64,000 nt of DNA from assembly GCA_963764715.1 (NCBI GenBank), contig CAVXTP010000022.1:320001-384000 (forward strand), given 5' to 3'. This document shows, one piece after another, positions 61,761 to 64,000 of the stretch (positions are counted from its first letter, which is position 1; the number at the start of each line of letters is the position of its first letter). The notes under the pieces were generated by a model. That model searched no databases. It was not told the DNA's origin and saw nothing but the letters and a program-made list of their open reading frames with translations. The DNA is from an uncultured Acidobacteriota bacterium (GTDB taxonomy: Bacteria; Acidobacteriota; Thermoanaerobaculia; UBA5066; Gp7-AA6). Made by a program: the position numbers and the translations under genes.

Positions 61761-61790
61761 ATCCTATGGGTTCAGCGGCAGCCCAGTCAA
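61761..61790 (-). promoter_or_regulatory. Probable sigma70 promoter for rpsA
   Basis: TTGACT-18 nt-TAGGAT in an AT-richer intergenic region. Confidence 0.65.
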
Positions 61791-62464
61791 ATCGCCCCGC
61801 GAACCCGCCTTTCGATCTCGTCCACGACGTCGCCGGCGGGCCGGCCCGTCGAGTCGATCAGGGTATACCGCGAATCCAGGGTCAGCGGGGAGTCGGCCCT
61901 CGAACCGTCGTCCCGGTCGCGTTTTTCCATCTCCCGGAGCACGTCTTCGTACGGCCGGGGGGTCCCCCGCTCGGCAAGCTCCCGGGTGCGGCGCGCCGCC
62001 CGTTCGGCCGGGTCGGCCGTCAGGAAGAATTTGTGGGGTGTGTCCGGGAACACCTTCGTCCCGATGTCCCGGCCCTCGAGGACCCCTCCCCGCTCCCTTC
62101 CGACGCGCTGCTGCTGGGCGACCAGGGTCCGCCGGACGGCCGGGATGGCCGAGACCGCCGAGGCATAGAGGGAGATCTCGGGCCGCCGGATCTCGGCCGA
62201 GACGTCCTCGCCGCCGAGAAGGACGCGGCTGCCCTCGGCGGCCGGGAAGAGCTCGACGCGGGACCCCGCGGCGATCGCGGCGACCCGCTCCGGGTCCTCG
62301 ATCGGAAGCGTCACCCCGGCCCGCTCCGCCGCGAGGCCGACCGCGCGGTACATGGCGCCCGTGTCGATGTAGGGGACCCGGAGGCGCGAGGCGAGCGCCC
62401 GGGCGACCGTCGACTTTCCGGCTCCGGAGGGACCGTCGATGGCGACGATGAGGGGCGGGTTCAA
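61787..62464 (-). CDS. cmk: Cytidylate kinase
   Basis: IDGPSGAGKST, DTGAMYRA, EGRDIGTKVFP; TTG overlaps the rluB stop. Confidence 0.96.
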   Translation of the reverse strand: MNPPLIVAIDGPSGAGKSTVARALASRLRVPYIDTGAMYRAVGLAAERAGVTLPIEDPERVAAIAAGSRVELFPAAEGSRVLLGGEDVSAEIRRPEISLYASAVSAIPAVRRTLVAQQQRVGRERGGVLEGRDIGTKVFPDTPHKFFLTADPAERAARRTRELAERGTPRPYEDVLREMEKRDRDDGSRADSPLTLDSRYTLIDSTGRPAGDVVDEIERRVRGAI

Positions 62465-63215
62465 GCCTTCTTTTCCAGGCGATAGAGGGCCGCGACCTCG
62501 GCTTCGGCGAGGCGGCGGAAGGCGCCCGGAGTCAGGCGGGCGTCGCGGATCGGCCCGATCGCCACGCGCTTCAGCTTCGAGACGGGATGGCCGACCATCT
62601 CGAACATCCTCCGGATCTGCCGGGAGCGGCCCTCCGTCAGGGTCACCCGGAGCCAGGAATTGCCTTCCTCTTCGCCCTTGCGCGGCGTCCCGGAGACGCG
62701 CTCGATGCCGCACGGCTTCGTCGGGCGGCCGTCGAGCCGGAGGCCTCCCCGCCGGAGCTTCTCGAGCTTCGCCTCGGACGGCTCCCCGGCGACCTTGACC
62801 ATGTACTCCTTGGTGCACCCGGTCGAGGGGTGCGTGACGAGCCGCGCGAGGTCGCCGTCGTCCGTCATGAGCAGGAGGCCCTCGGTCTGGACGTCGAGGC
62901 GCCCGACGGGCTTGATCCCGCGGCGCAGCTTGCCGGGCAGGAGGTCGAGGACGGTGTCCCGGCTCTGCGGATCCGAGACGGTGGTGACGAAGCCCTTCGG
63001 CTTGTTGAGCAGGATGTAGGTCTTCGGCCCCGAGGACGGACGGATCCGCTTCTCGTCGACCTTGATCGAGTCCTTCTCGGGATCGGCGCGCTCGCCGAGG
63101 ACGGCGACCCGGCCGTTGACGCGGACGCGGCCCTCGCGGATCCACTCCTCGGCCAGGCGCCTCGACGCGGCGCCCGTCGATGCGATGATCTTCTGGATGC
63201 GGACTTGAGGCAGCG

Positions 63216-63219
<4 letters not shown>
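62461..63219 (-). CDS. rluB: RluB/RsuA family pseudouridine synthase
   Basis: S4 domain (RIQKIIA..SRRLAEEWI), LNKPKG, VGRLD, EGRSRQIRRM. Confidence 0.9.
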
Positions 63220-63916
<697 letters not shown>

Positions 63917-63920
<4 letters not shown>

Positions 63921-64000
63921 TCGCTGTAAGTATCGCGTATCTGGTCGGGCGTGAAAACGACATCCGTGCGCGTGGCGTGGATCTCGGCGAAAGCCCGCGT
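63917..64000 (-). CDS. 3' end of the upstream gene, probably ScpA
   Basis: Open frame TRAFAEIHATRTDVVFTPDQIRDTYSE-stop overlapping the scpB ATG; identity inferred from the usual scpA-scpB order. Confidence 0.55.

Overview
A very GC-rich bacterial chromosomal segment of mostly housekeeping genes, about 63 CDS. No rRNA, tRNA, CRISPR array, IS or prophage was recognised. The gene set and order suggest Acidobacteriota (inference): fused lptF-lptG, a long LptC/LptA protein, and scpA-scpB-rluB-cmk-rpsA-HU-HIT. The left end carries lysine fermentation genes (kdd, kamB-like, kamD), secreted hydrolases, guaA, dnaE, a tRNA nucleotidyltransferase and metK-ahcY. The right two-thirds is a long minus-strand run: parA-parB, miaB, a regulatory PTS/rpoN cluster, lpt genes, recJ, accA, priA, coaBC, rpoZ, gmk, msbA, lpxB, rpsA, cmk and scpAB. 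The most striking signal is a 28-bp XerCD dif-like site (28060-28087) about 0.5 kb from a complete ParA/ParB pair. That ParB has a non-canonical DNA-recognition helix, so this is a candidate terminus-linked Par system. Other observations include apparently leaderless and bidirectional promoters, a nucleotidyltransferase gene that seems to need an ACG start, a REP-like inverted repeat after guaA, and six single-base frameshifts (lptFG, miaB x4, rpsA) that are most likely sequencing errors. All calls are from visual motif recognition; no searches were run.
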